A stretch of 64,000 bases of DNA from Chrysomallon squamiferum. Lineage: Eukaryota; Animalia; Mollusca. The position numbers were made by a program, and so were the translations under genes. This document shows positions 10,760 to 23,100 of the stretch, piece by piece (position 1 is the stretch's first letter; each line of letters begins with the position of its first letter). Below the pieces are notes generated by a model that worked only from the letters and a program-made list of their open reading frames with translations, was not told the DNA's origin and did not search any database. The stretch lies in contig CM022671.1 in assembly GCA_012295275.1 (NCBI GenBank), positions 3,348,001-3,412,000 of the forward strand, in the 5' to 3' direction.

Positions 10760-13700
10760 GCAGCTAAAAAAGCTTTTGATGCTGTCTGCAGTTCATTCGC
10801 TGTGACAAGTTGCTAGTATTTCGTGCCTTTCATATTTTAAACATTTCTGTGTGACTGTAACTTACCTCCAGTTTGAGAGCATCAATCATAAGAAGTATTT
10901 GATCTGTGGCACTGGAGAGTTTGGCAATGGCCCAAACACTTTTTAGAAATTTTTCTTTGTCTCGATCTGCCAGATACTGATGCCTAATCCATAACTTTAA
11001 CAAATCCTGAAATAGATTTGTATAAAGATTATATATATTTATCTGTGTACGAGTATATAACAATATTTTTTATTTTTGTTTAAGTGCTGACTGGTGACAG
11101 ATGGTGTTCAAGCATAATAAATAAATAAAATAAAATTTAGGAATAATTCATTTTTAGTAGCAATTTTTTTAAAAAGTAATATTTAAATTAATTATTATTA
11201 TTATTATTATTTTTTTTTTTTTTTTACGATTTTTTATAATAAATATAAATAAACAATTTTTAAACAACATTTCCTTTTTTTACTTTTTTAAACTATCCAT
11301 TTGAATATAAGATTGTCAATTCATTAAATACTGTGTAAATTATGTAACTTGCTATCAGTTCACAACAAACACACAGAAATAAATAAAATAAAATATATAT
11401 ATTTCTGTATATGTATTATTTTGTATGTTATATATGAATAGAGTGAAAAAAAAAAGAGATATTTCTTTTACTTGCTTTTTACAAATTTTTCAAAAGTAAT
11501 TTTAAATTTTTAAACGTTTATTACACTTTACATGTCAACATTTTAAAAAAATATTTTTGTATAATCCAAAACAAAAGAAATTTAGTTCACAAACTGCATA
11601 AAACAATTTAAAACTTTTTCTTTAAATTTAGTTTAAATAATATTGCAAATCAATTGACATACTGATTAAAGAAAATAAATGTTTTAAAGAGAAAAACAAA
11701 TGAGAAGATAAATAAAGCTTAAGATTCAATAAAAAGCCATGAAAAAATATCAAGAAATAACTTATCCTGAATAAAAAGATCTAAAATAATAAAATGACAG
11801 AACAAAAAAAAAAAAAAACAGATTATCTCCAACAGGTTAACCAAGAGATGGAATGTGAAAACAAGAAATAACTGACTTTTATCTATTTCTAAAAAATAAA
11901 CAACTGTAAAATTACCCAAAAGGATGTTGTTTGTTTGGTTATTGTTACTGTTGGTTGTTTTGGGGTGGGTTTTGGGGGTATTTACCTTTGTACAGCAGTG
12001 TTCAGACTGATTAATCCAGTCCTGAACTAGAAAGATCTGAGCAAGTCTAGTACACAAGCTTTTATATTTTTCCATCTGCCGCATTCGGGAAATGAGTCGA
12101 ACACCATCATGACAGGGAATCTTCTGACACTAAAGTACATGATTATATTTCAATACAGTTAAACAAAAACTCAATTCTAATCTGTGTAAGTACATGCAGC
12201 CAAACTAAGATAACTGAAAACTGAAAGGATTAGAGAAATAATTTCAATATCAGAGTTCAAGTTTACAAAATTACCTTTCTACTTTAAGATAATATAGATC
12301 TGTTTTCCTTACTGCTAGATTCAGCTTCTTTGTAATATTTAGACATTGCTGTGAAGATTTTCATATACAAAAGTATATCACATTGAACAGTATATATAAA
12401 CAGTCCCAATTTCAAATCTATAAATAAGTATTAGCAAACTTGCTGAGAAAATCATTTTTCAACATTTTATTAGTTTTATACAATTTGAAGGTAAAATCGT
12501 ATTAAAAAAAATATTATTATTTTTTTTAAATTTAACTACCAGAAACTGTTATCTTTAAATTTATTATTACCCATTTATATAGGTTTCAGCCAGGACTGAT
12601 GCAACAACTTATGTTCTCTATATATTACTTTTTAATATAGTTAATGCAGCCTAACACAGAGAGATAAAAATGTTAATAATAAAAAAATATACATTTTGAA
12701 AACAACAGAAAAGCCATACCTTATTTTTGTATGATTACTACTTAACGCCATTTTAAACATTAGTTTTATTTATTCCTTTATTTTTTTATTGGCAAAATTT
12801 ATGATTCATTATTAAATTCTGACATTAATATTACCTGCAATAAATAAATTATTAAATAATTTTTTTTTTTTTAAATTTACACTAAAACAAACTTGCTTGT
12901 TCATTTGTAGTGTGTTTTCTAATGTGAGTTAGCTTGGTGGTAAGTGGAGGGAAATAAAGTATTTAATTAGGAAGTAAAGGCTTTCAGTGAGTTTTTATCA
13001 AATTCATCAACAATCTTTTTCTGTTTATTCATTAGTATTTTCATTAATAATTAACTTTAAACTTGCACAATCAATACACCTAACAAACGCTTTGGTCTTC
13101 ACATCTATGCATTAATTAATATTTTTACTTTTAAATTAGCTTAAAATCACACTAAAATACTTTCACATGTTTACTACATATTTATCTTTGAAACTAAAAT
13201 AATGTCACTGCTTTTCATTTGTAAGTTTTTGAAGTTTCTGTGAATGTATATAAATGGTAATTTCATTTGAATAACAGAGGAAAATAAAATGTGTTTATGT
13301 ATACACAATTAGCATAACTAACCAGACATGCAGGTAATTATCTCTGTTTTGAACACTGCTGATAAAGAACATTTCTAATTATAGAACTAATAACTAATAT
13401 CATAAACAGCTGGACACATGGCTGTCTGTTTTACATTATTTCATGAAATTAAAAGAGGCAGTTAAAAGTATTTTAAAAAATAATACACAACTTAAAAGGT
13501 TACCTCTTCCTGAAGCCTGTCAGAATTGTTGAGCTTGTGAAACAACATGAGCTGAGTCTGTCGAATGTCAAGGTCATCTTTGAGAGCTGGGTGTTTCAAA
13601 CACCACGAACAAAGATTTAGAGCAAATTCCTCACAATTTTCCTGCAGCATCATCTCTACACGGATTTTTAAAATCACTGGATCCTCATTGATGATGTAGT

Positions 13701-16700
13701 TCAAACCTAGAAAATAAGATAATTTATATCAGTAGTTGATATTTACTAATTAATCTATTTTAGCAAAACAATGATATTGTATGTTAATAGTTATCATATG
13801 GTCATTATGATTTACCTTGTGTCTCAAATTTATCAAAATTTGCAGTAGTTTAATTAGTGTGGCTTGACCAAGCATTTAGCAAATAATAGGTCATAATATG
13901 TGTGGTTCTTCCTATTTTCAATTTAATTACTTACACAATATATACATAAAAACAACATGCATGACAGTGCTTACAAAACTGTGTTGTTACAAAAATGAAT
14001 CAGGTAATGGTCTTTCAATATTATTTAGAGATTCACACACTGAAATTAGCATTAAAATGTTCTTAGTAAGACTATAGGCAGAAAACCCACATTCAAATTA
14101 TTTAAATATTAGTTACTCATCATTAGGACATTTATTAAATAATGCTGCACATAAATTATATAATTTCTATTCCTGTTGTTCTCACTGCAAACACAGATAC
14201 TTGTACATAAATAGCAAACCAACCTTCTCCATCTTCATTATCTTCCTCGCCCGCCATCACCTGGCTGAGAATAGGGCGGGTCCACCCACTGTCCATCAGC
14301 TGGAGAATGAGGGAGAAGCGGGTGTATCCACTTGCTGAGAGACACTGGTTGAGGTTCTGTAAAGTCACTTCAAAATTCTGACGACTTGGACTTTTCTCAT
14401 CAAGCTGTTGCCACTGAATATTTAACACAGTCCGAGCACAATGTCTAGAATTAAGATACACAATATACTTAGTAATAATTAATAAACTCTTTATAAAGAA
14501 TGCACAAGACAATGAACAAATTCTATGAGAACAATGGAAAGAGAAAAAACCGGTTTCATGTTAAGTACAAATATAATAAAATCTGAAACTTTTCTAAAGC
14601 AGTACTTGTAAAGAAAACAGACACTTAAAAATAATTAATGAACTAATACAAAATAAATAAAACTATTCGATTTCTATGTCTGAAAAAGATTTTACACAGA
14701 CTAGAGTTATTAATAGATGTAATGAACATAAAATGAATAGATTCTGCAAAAGTATTCTTTGCCCTCCGTAATAATGACGAATACAAAACAAACACACATT
14801 ACAATCATTAAAATCTTCTTTCAAGTCTTTATTTTTCAATTTCTCATTTTAATTTATATCTCTAGATGTCAAATTACACACAAATCCACTATGTACTGGA
14901 AAAAAACTTTCAAGCATGTGGTGAATATAATATTTAATGAAATAAGAAAAAATATTCTATATGTTCAGTCAAAAAAAAAAAAGAAGTAAATAATAGTAAT
15001 AATTATAATAATTTAAAAAATCATTAAAATAAAAAACAATTAAAATAAATAAAGAAAAACAATTCAATAAATTAAAAAATCAATTTAAAATAATAATAAT
15101 AATAATGATGATGATAATAATAACAATTTATACCTGAAAATTTTCTGACAGAGAGCAGTAATAGCTGGTCCTGATGTAAGTTTTGGATAAGTTTGTTGAA
15201 TGTATCCAAGAAAAACCCACAAACCAATCACCTGGTTTTCATATGGCCCAGCATCTCTCTCCAGTCTATCCAGACCCTTCAAAAACAACCAATTTGTGTT
15301 TCTCATTGACTTTATTTATTATAATTTTTATTATAATTTTTTTTTTTTTTTAAAGATTTAATAAACACTACTATATTTTAATAATAATATATGTATAACT
15401 TGTTTGATAGTAATTGTTAATATTAGTTATGTAACTGTAATATATGATTCAGTGAAAGAAATTAATAACAAGTAAACAATATTTCAAAGTTAATAATGCT
15501 ATTTCATTCTGTGATTTAGTGAACTGCTATGAGTTTAGAAATTTTTAAAATAGCTTAATGTATGTGTTAGATTTTGTTTTAATAATATGAAAATAAAAAT
15601 AAAATAAAATTATTGCATTTATTTTATTTTAATTGTGGAAGAAATAAAAGTTAAAAATAATAATTATTATTCTATAATTCTTGTCTACATATCCCTAAAA
15701 ATATTTCACTTTTTTAAGATACTAAGTGCAGTAGTCAAGTAACTCTATAATAAACACAAGTTGTTTAACAAGTGCCTGTCAGTAATAAACTCACTAATTA
15801 CTGCTTACACCTTTCAATATACAAGTTAATCAAATTGTTAACAGTTTGCTCAAGCACAGGCAGTTAACACATAAAAGCTATTTCTTTCTCTGACCATCAA
15901 AATTATTTGCAAAATTTTTGACCAGTTAATTTTTAACCTTGTTCTGCATTAATTTTTGGTTAGTGTTATTTTATAGTAATCAAAACAATGTAATTAAAAC
16001 TGTAGTACTTTAATCAAATGATTTAATAGGTTTTATTTGTATTATTTATTATTATTTTTTTGAAATGTACGTGATACATCTTAAGAGACATAATTTATAT
16101 GCAAGATCATGTATAGAAACATTTAATAGCAATTACTGCATTTTTAATGCATGATATTTAAAATATGAACTTGAAGACCACTTAAGAATTATCCAAATTA
16201 TGTTCCCTCTTTCAAATAAATAAAGAAAAACATATGAAAAAAAATGAGCATTTTAGTTACAAGACTGTAATTCCAACTATATAAAACTGCAACTTTCAAC
16301 AGAAATAAAATCAATTTTCTTCTTCTCCACAACAAAACCATAATAATATATATTCATTATCAATTATTTATGTTTTACATTTGAAATTTTCTTTTTAAAA
16401 TTTTTTTATTTTTTTATTTTACTTATTTATCTTTTATTTTTTAAACAGTGTAATAATAATAATAATAATACTAATATTAATAATAATAATTTTTTAAAAA
16501 TAATAATTTAGTCCGCCGCGCTTTTAAGCGGATATGCCGGTTTTACACAGGCTTACGAGGTCAAGATCAATGATAGAGAAAGAAAATACTAATAGTATCA
16601 AATCATTTATAAATACAGGCATCGCTTTATGCTATTACATCATTCTAAACCTGTTAAACGATATGCAAAATTTAATTTATTAACGCTTATCTAGATTTGA

Positions 16701-16924
16701 CAGATCAAGGAAATAAAGAAGCGTGCGTGATTTTGCCGACTTCAATAATGGCTTTATGTGCAAACGAGCTTGTCCCACATTCATTGCTAAGTTTTGCATC
16801 ACAAATCACCAACCTTGCAGGCCGTTTCGCAGTACGCCATTGTTGCCGCATATTTATCAGATATTTTTTCGCTAAATTCTTGTCCTGCTATTCTTAAATC
16901 TGAAAGAAAGTCGTTGAAATCCAT
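3027..16924 (-). CDS. ZNF292/RLF/ZNF654-family zinc-finger protein, spliced: exons 16814-16924, 15134-15276, 14224-14444, 13504-13706, 11986-12129, 10866-11006, 3027-10238 (2,724 aa to the first stop; probably longer, see 2-3070)
   Basis: All introns are GT-AG and phases join (0,2,1,0,0,0). The N-terminal ~450 aa (AATMAYCETACK..GWTRPILSQVM..NEDPVILKIRVEMML..ALNLCSWCLKHP..IPCHDGVRLI..TSFALNPSTETLSFVEKFY..QWTELKPLCQRFL) follows, from recall, the conserved helical N-terminal domain of vertebrate ZNF292/RLF. Five zinc-finger motifs lie in the giant exon. No search was run. Confidence 0.8.
10703..10758. repeat. (AAT)n microsatellite
   Basis: Read directly. Confidence 0.95.
10866..11006 (-). CDS. 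ZNF292/RLF-like exon 6 (DLLKLWIRHQY...DALKLE)
   Basis: Acceptor tttcag, donor GAG|GTAAGT, 141 nt, phase 0-0. Confidence 0.85.
11986..12129 (-). CDS. ZNF292/RLF-like exon 5 (CQKIPCHDGVRLI...HCCTK)
   Basis: Acceptor actttag, donor AAG|GTAAAT, 144 nt, phase 0-0. Confidence 0.85.
13504..13706 (-). CDS. ZNF292/RLF-like exon 4 (LNYIINEDPVILKIRVEMML...RLQEE)
   Basis: Acceptor ttttctag, donor GAG|GTAACC, 203 nt; resembles ZNF292 EGPILLDMRIKHL...LAKLCSDHP (from recall). Confidence 0.85.
14224..14444 (-). CDS. ZNF292/RLF-like exon 3 (HCARTVLNIQW...GWTRPILSQVMAGEEDNEDGE)
   Basis: Acceptor ttctag, donor G|GTTGGT, 221 nt, phases 2 to 1. Confidence 0.85.
15134..15276 (-). CDS. ZNF292/RLF-like exon 2 (GLDRLERDAG...CQKIF)
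   Basis: Acceptor ttgtttttgaag, donor AG|GTATAA, 143 nt, open frame. Confidence 0.8.
16814..16924 (-). CDS. ZNF292/RLF-like coding exon 1 (MDFNDFLSDL...YCETACK)
   Basis: ATG at 16924 with an in-frame TGA 6 nt upstream; 37 codons; donor AAG|GTTGGT; phase 0 fits the next exon. Confidence 0.75.
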
Positions 16925-17944
16925 ATTTCATTTCGGCAACATTATGGTACGTAAACACAAAGTGCCAGACGCTTTAAGCGACCTCTTGCTTCTTGTATAT
17001 TTCAAATCAAGGGGAACTAACCGCTATAATAAACAATACCGTATTTTTCATAATAAAAATCACCCTGCCATCGTAATGATACTTTATATAGATTTATCAT
17101 AACATAATAAATATATAATATAAACTATTTTCAGTAACGCTTCACAGACACTTCACAAAAAGCAAAAGGCATAAATATACATAAAAAACCAACATATGGA
17201 CTAATTTGCTTAATGAAAATGATTTTGATTTTATATTATTAACCATCAGCATTAATGAATGCATGTAGAAAACAAAAACAAAATAAAATAAAAAACAAAA
17301 ACAAATGTAATGTTTTACGGTAAAACCTAATAAAACATTTCCCTAGATTCACTAATTTTGTAGTAAAAAAAAAAAATAATTCAAAAATCTTGATATTTAC
17401 TAAAAACAATTAATTCGATAATAAATCAGGTAAATTCTACTGCCCTACTTTTAAATACCGATTTCATCGAAGCAGACGACGTTGTTGACGGTAATTCCTA
17501 CCAAGTTACGTCATGCCCAGGGATTCCCCCTCTTTTATTTTTAAACTGCGCCATGTTGTTACAATACTATTTAATTAACCTTTTTATATCCTGCCACTCG
17601 AAAACAAAATGCGTCACAAAGTTTTATATTTAGATATATATCTATACATAGGGTTTCATGAAAAATTTATTTCTAGTATTTCTAATATATATTTACACAA
17701 ATTCATCCAGGTTGGTTCAAAATCCAGTAGAAGAAAAAAGGATGAATACTGCTGGAAATCAGTAATTGATGTGTATATACAACGTGACACATTTAGTTCC
17801 CTTAATCACAGTTTTGCCAGTCCATGTTTTCTACAGTTATTTAATCCTGTAGGTGTCCTGTCAAAGGTAAATGACAATTTAGGCGTCATCATAAATTTCT
17901 GAAATCAGACACCTACTAGGTAGACTGTTGTAATTTCACCCGAA

Positions 17945-17948
<4 letters not shown>

Positions 17949-18015
<67 letters not shown>
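17949..18015. repeat. (TC)n microsatellite
   Basis: Read directly. Confidence 0.97.
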
Positions 18016-18019
<4 letters not shown>

Positions 18020-18324
18020 ATGTATATGTAAGTATATTTGTATGAATATATGTAGGTAGGTAGACAGGCATAAAGGCAGGTGTACACTTATGTTGGTTTG
18101 GTAGATACGTAGTTATGTATACAGTAACGGATTATATTATAGTTAGATAAAACATTTATAAGTGTTTAAATCTGAAAATTCGTTAATTGCATATATTTAA
18201 TGGCTATAAATTTATATTATTATTATTATTATTTTTTTTTTTTTTTTTTTTTTTGAGACATTTTCATATTCTGTGAAAGATGAGAATCCAGTAAAGGTTC
18301 ATGTGCATCTGAAGAGCTCATATC

Positions 18325-18587
18325 CAGTGGCATGCAGAGAGGGGGCGAGGGGCGATGACTCCGAGCATCTAAATGGGGAGGGCATCCAATCACAGAAAAA
18401 TTTAATAAATCTGGTTGATTTATATTTAAATCGAATAAAGTGTTTATTTTATGTTTCATCTGTGTTTTCATATTCAAAATATCTTCCTTTCTCATAATGT
18501 TTCTCAATACTAGGCCTTATACTTGAGTTTTGGGGCATACAGTCAAGGAGTTGGCCCCGGGCATCACCAGACTTCTGCACGCCGCTG
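18325..18587. mobile_element. hAT-like MITE (263 bp)
   Basis: Terminal inverted repeats CAGTGGCATGCAGA / TCTGCACGCCGCTG (12/14 match); flanks CTCATATC / ATCATATA resemble a decayed 8-bp target-site duplication; GC-rich subterminal segments around an AT-rich core. Confidence 0.7.
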
Positions 18588-20031
18588 ATCATATACATAT
18601 ATTTTCGTAAATATATAAGTATGTATAGTATGTTGACGAGAATACTTACAAATCATAATTCTTCACATAAATTAATTCGACATTTCGTTTACTTGTGATT
18701 TACAGATAGCAGGTATTACATATCTTGCTGGCGGCGGAAAGATTTCATAAAGAAAAGGGTGCCATCTGTATGATATACTTTTTATATTATACACTGACAG
18801 TTATAACTTTCAAAATAAGGGAAAAATGTCAGTCGGCTGGGAGAAAAAAAACAACTCACAACAACATCAACATTAAAGTGTTATTATTTTTGGTTTATTG
18901 TATTATATTTATTTAAATTTTATTTTATTTGTTTATTTTTTTCTGCCGTCCAATTTTGATTTGTAACAACAAATAAGTAAAGTGCACAAACACCTGTACG
19001 CCTTCTTTCAATGAAGTTGTGACATAATGGAAGTAAAACAGATTTGCTCCATTTCGTCAGAAAAATACTGTCAGTCCATGAAGTTCGTGATGATGTCCCA
19101 AATTCAGTTGTGGAAATGTTAAAATGGCGGAACTGAAATGTTTTGTAGCAATATTATTTTATTGTTGTATTTTGTTATGAGTGATGAAAGGTCGCCTAAT
19201 GCATTAAAATAAAAAAGTTGGAAATATAAAGAATTTTATATCCCCCTTTATTTGTATTTCCTCATATAAACTTTATAGAATATAATTTATGTTATATCAT
19301 TATATTAATACATTTCACTGATATAAACCTGGGTTGATTTTTCAAATTAATATAAAAAAATAATGATGATGATGATGATGATAATAATGTTATGATTATG
19401 ATAATAATAATAATGCTGATAACAATAACGAAAAATATATTGTTTCGATAACACATTCATTCATGTAATTTATTTATTTATTTATTTATTTTAATTATTT
19501 AATTTTTTACTTGTTTTTGCACGAGGATCGAATCGTAACTAAGGTTATCATGGCATTATAAAATTCAGAAATAATTTCATATTTTCAGTTTATTAATCTA
19601 ATTTGCACGATGTAAATTATGTTTGACCAAAGCAGATTATTTATTCTGCTTCGTATTACAATTTATAATTTAGTTCGGAATGTTTCCCGAATATTTCACG
19701 AAAATGACCGATGTATGCCGACTAACAGAACAAATTATCCAATAAACGTACCGCTTCACAGTAAAAAGACGCACACAAACGACCGAATCATTTTCAAGCA
19801 GATGCCCTTTCATCCGGGCTCTTATTTTTGAAATGCAAAGAAGTCGCCGACATTTAACATGCAGCAAATAGGATTAAGCTATGAGAACGTTGTTTATCTA
19901 AGAAGACCATTTTTGGATGTATAATTTAACTGGAAATTTAAGTGTGTTTATTTTCATTTATCGTATAAACACTATTTAGGACATTATATATTTTAGACCA
20001 CAAAAATCGTTGACTACTGCGAACAGAAAAT

Positions 20032-20149
20032 ATGGGGTGTGTTAGCAGCCAAGAAGATAAAGCTGCAGTTGAAAGATCAAAACAAATAGACAAAACACTT
20101 CGCGCAGATGGAGAAAAGGCAGCTAGAGAAGTGAAACTCCTTTTACTGG
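20032..20149 (+). CDS. GNAI: G-alpha-i exon 1
   Basis: [39 protein letters not shown], donor G|GTAAAT. Confidence 0.97.
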
Positions 20150-23100
20150 GTAAATTAGTTTGTAAACCTGTCTGAATAATAATTTTAATGCTTCAGTTTT
20201 ATATGTTTGTTTCTCCGTAATGATTTCATTTCCGGTGTTTGGCTCACTAACAACGCCTATTGCCAGTATTGGTGTCAAACTTGCGACTTCCTAGTCATGT
20301 AGCGCGTGTAGATTGAATGATCATGTTTATCAGAATACCTCTAGGCTAGCAACATTTTCTTGTTATCATTTGGAAATCATTTGAGATATATTTTATGTGT
20401 TAAATTTAAAGAGGTGTTTTAATTTTGTTTTCTTTCATTCATCAAAACTTAATAAAAAAAAAAAAATATATATATAATATAGTTTTTCGTTTAACATTAA
20501 AATGTAAATAAGAATTTTGGCCGTCTAAATCTACTTCTTCAGCTTCTTGTCAGTCAAATTTTTACAGAATATTTACTTATGAATTATTTGGCTAATAATT
20601 GTTATATTGTAATTTTATCATGGTGTTTTCCCTTTAATGTTTTTTAAAATGAGAAACTGTTTCATTATTTGGATGAACATCACTGAAGTAGCTTAGACAG
20701 TTTTGTACTTGCTTTTTATATTTACTGTCATTAGCAACAGAATGATAAATTATTTAGTAAAATCTCTACTGACAAGGCATAGATCTAAACTGCATGGGTT
20801 TTAAAATTTTGTTCAAAGTTACAGGCAAATACTTTGATGAGTCTGCTTTTTCCTGCCTTCTCCCTTTTTCTTATCTCTTCTCTTCCTCCACTTATTAGTG
20901 AATATACAATTTATAAAAATTAATTCTCTTATTGGCAGTAACTGTGCAGATTTCCTACACACAGTTAAGTGTAATGGTAAATATATATTTTTTTTCTAAC
21001 ATTGATTTATGCTCCAAATCCTCGTATAAACCAAGCATAAATATATTTAATCAGTATTTACATTTCAATTTTCCCAATATAATCTGGATGTTATTTATTA
21101 CTGATATAACAGAATAAGTGCCAAAACATTTCCACTTGTTTCTTACTTAAAGTAAGTAGTTTTAGTTTAAAAGTAGGTCAAGGATGTGTATTTCCTCTTG
21201 TCTATAAATGTAAATTTAGTTTGATTTAATTGCCACAGTATCTGATTTCTATTAACAACAGATATTTTGATTTTTCAGTTTTTGCATAGTTGTTGCTATT
21301 AATTTATTGTTATTATTATTATTATTTTTGTAAAAGCTAAGATAGTTAAAAAATATATATAGTCCTTGTTTTGATGTTGAAGTTTTATGTAGAATGAAGA
21401 TAATGATCTAAAAGTATCAGCTTAGCTCAGAATCTTTATTGGGTTCTCTAAAAATCAGTGGTAAAGAAAATTTTTATGCACAATACTGTTTAAAATTAAA
21501 ATGTAAACTTTTAAATCTGAAGATGGTTAGGTAAAAACTATATAGGTAAATATAGATTCAAAATATGATAGTGAAATGCCATTTGCCTCTTTCATAACTA
21601 AATCTTCTCATTTAAAATGCCAGTTACGTAACTAGTCAGAGTAATTTTTTGCTAAATGTGATTTAGCAAAAAGGAATTACCTTGATGAACATAACTAATA
21701 TTCTGTCTGTATCTGTTTTTCATATAAATGTTCACTTGAAAACATTTTCATTTTAATCAGCATTTCACAATTATTAACTTCCATTTGTTTCTGATTATTT
21801 CCCCAAGAAAGAAACAACCCAGAACAAACCAACCAAATAAAAACTACAATCCACATAAATGACTTTTGTATGCAGCAGGCTTCAATTTTTTATTTGAAAT
21901 GTTTATAGTTTGGCACTAGATATTAAATTTTAATAACTATTTTTTTTATGGAAAAATACTTTTTCTAGAAATGGTTAAATTTTCTAGTCTACTACTTGTT
22001 TCTTGAATTTGATAATAATAAAATACTGCTAATTAGAATTGTCATAACTAGGTCAGATACAGGATAGCCACCAAGAAAAATGTAAGCTGGGATGTCATTA
22101 AGCAATTATTGCTTCCTTTAGCATCTTCTATTTCATTTGCCATTTTCTGTTTAGGTCACTTTACCAACATCCGCAAAGAATAGGCCTCTATGGTACAGTA
22201 ACTAAATACATACATCAGTGGAAAAACAGTTCTCATTTACTTTTTTTTATTAATGTTAGAAATTAAAAAGTGATTGACATAAATGAAAACACCCACAACA
22301 GATTTAATTTTTAATACACAATTTCTCTTTTGTCATTTATCCAACAAATATTTTTTATTTGTGCAACAGAAAAAAAGAACATCCAGTTTTATCTTGAATA
22401 AATCAAATATTTGAAATGACTACAAAATATTTCTTTTGTAATACTAGGAATACTTTCCTAACAGAGAAAGCAGTTATTGTGATCAACTTTGTAAACAGAA
22501 AGAACACATTGCTGATGTAATGTATAAGGTTGTTGTTTACATTATAAATCTGAAATAATTTATTGGTTTCTGGCATTTTCTAACTGAATTAAATTCTTCC
22601 ATTTTGTCTGTCATCTTTTACCCCTAATATTTATAATTAAGTAGGACTTTTAATTATTTTAAAAAAACTTAATATATGATAAATAATAGTTTTCATTTAA
22701 TTACATTGCCTACATAAAAGAAAAAAGCATACACATTCAATTAATAATTTAATTTATATATTGTTTACACTAAGGTTGCATTTATAGACTGACTGTACAT
22801 GTCTAGATTTAAAATGAACCATTATGATTAGTTACTTATTGTGATATGCCTACTTCATCATGTCCTTTTGACCCTACCAATAACCAAAAGTTCATACATC
22901 CTCTCAGTTTTGCAGTAAACAACAAAACATCTCAAGTTAATGGACTTTGTTTATCATTCATGTTACAGGTCGTCATCTATTATCGGTATTCACTATTGTT
23001 AATGGTTTTGTAATTAGTATACTAAAGAGGATCATTAGTACTTACTGAAGAAAATGTCTAAACTTATCATAGTGTTACTGGTTTGTATGTGTGAAGTATT

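Larger units (their letters stand above)
16500..20320. promoter_or_regulatory. Divergent promoter interval between the zinc-finger gene and G-alpha-i
   Basis: Start codons face away from each other 3.1 kb apart; CpG is visibly more frequent here than in the gene bodies; YY1-like motifs at 17549-17557 (minus) and 19121-19130 (plus). Confidence 0.6.
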
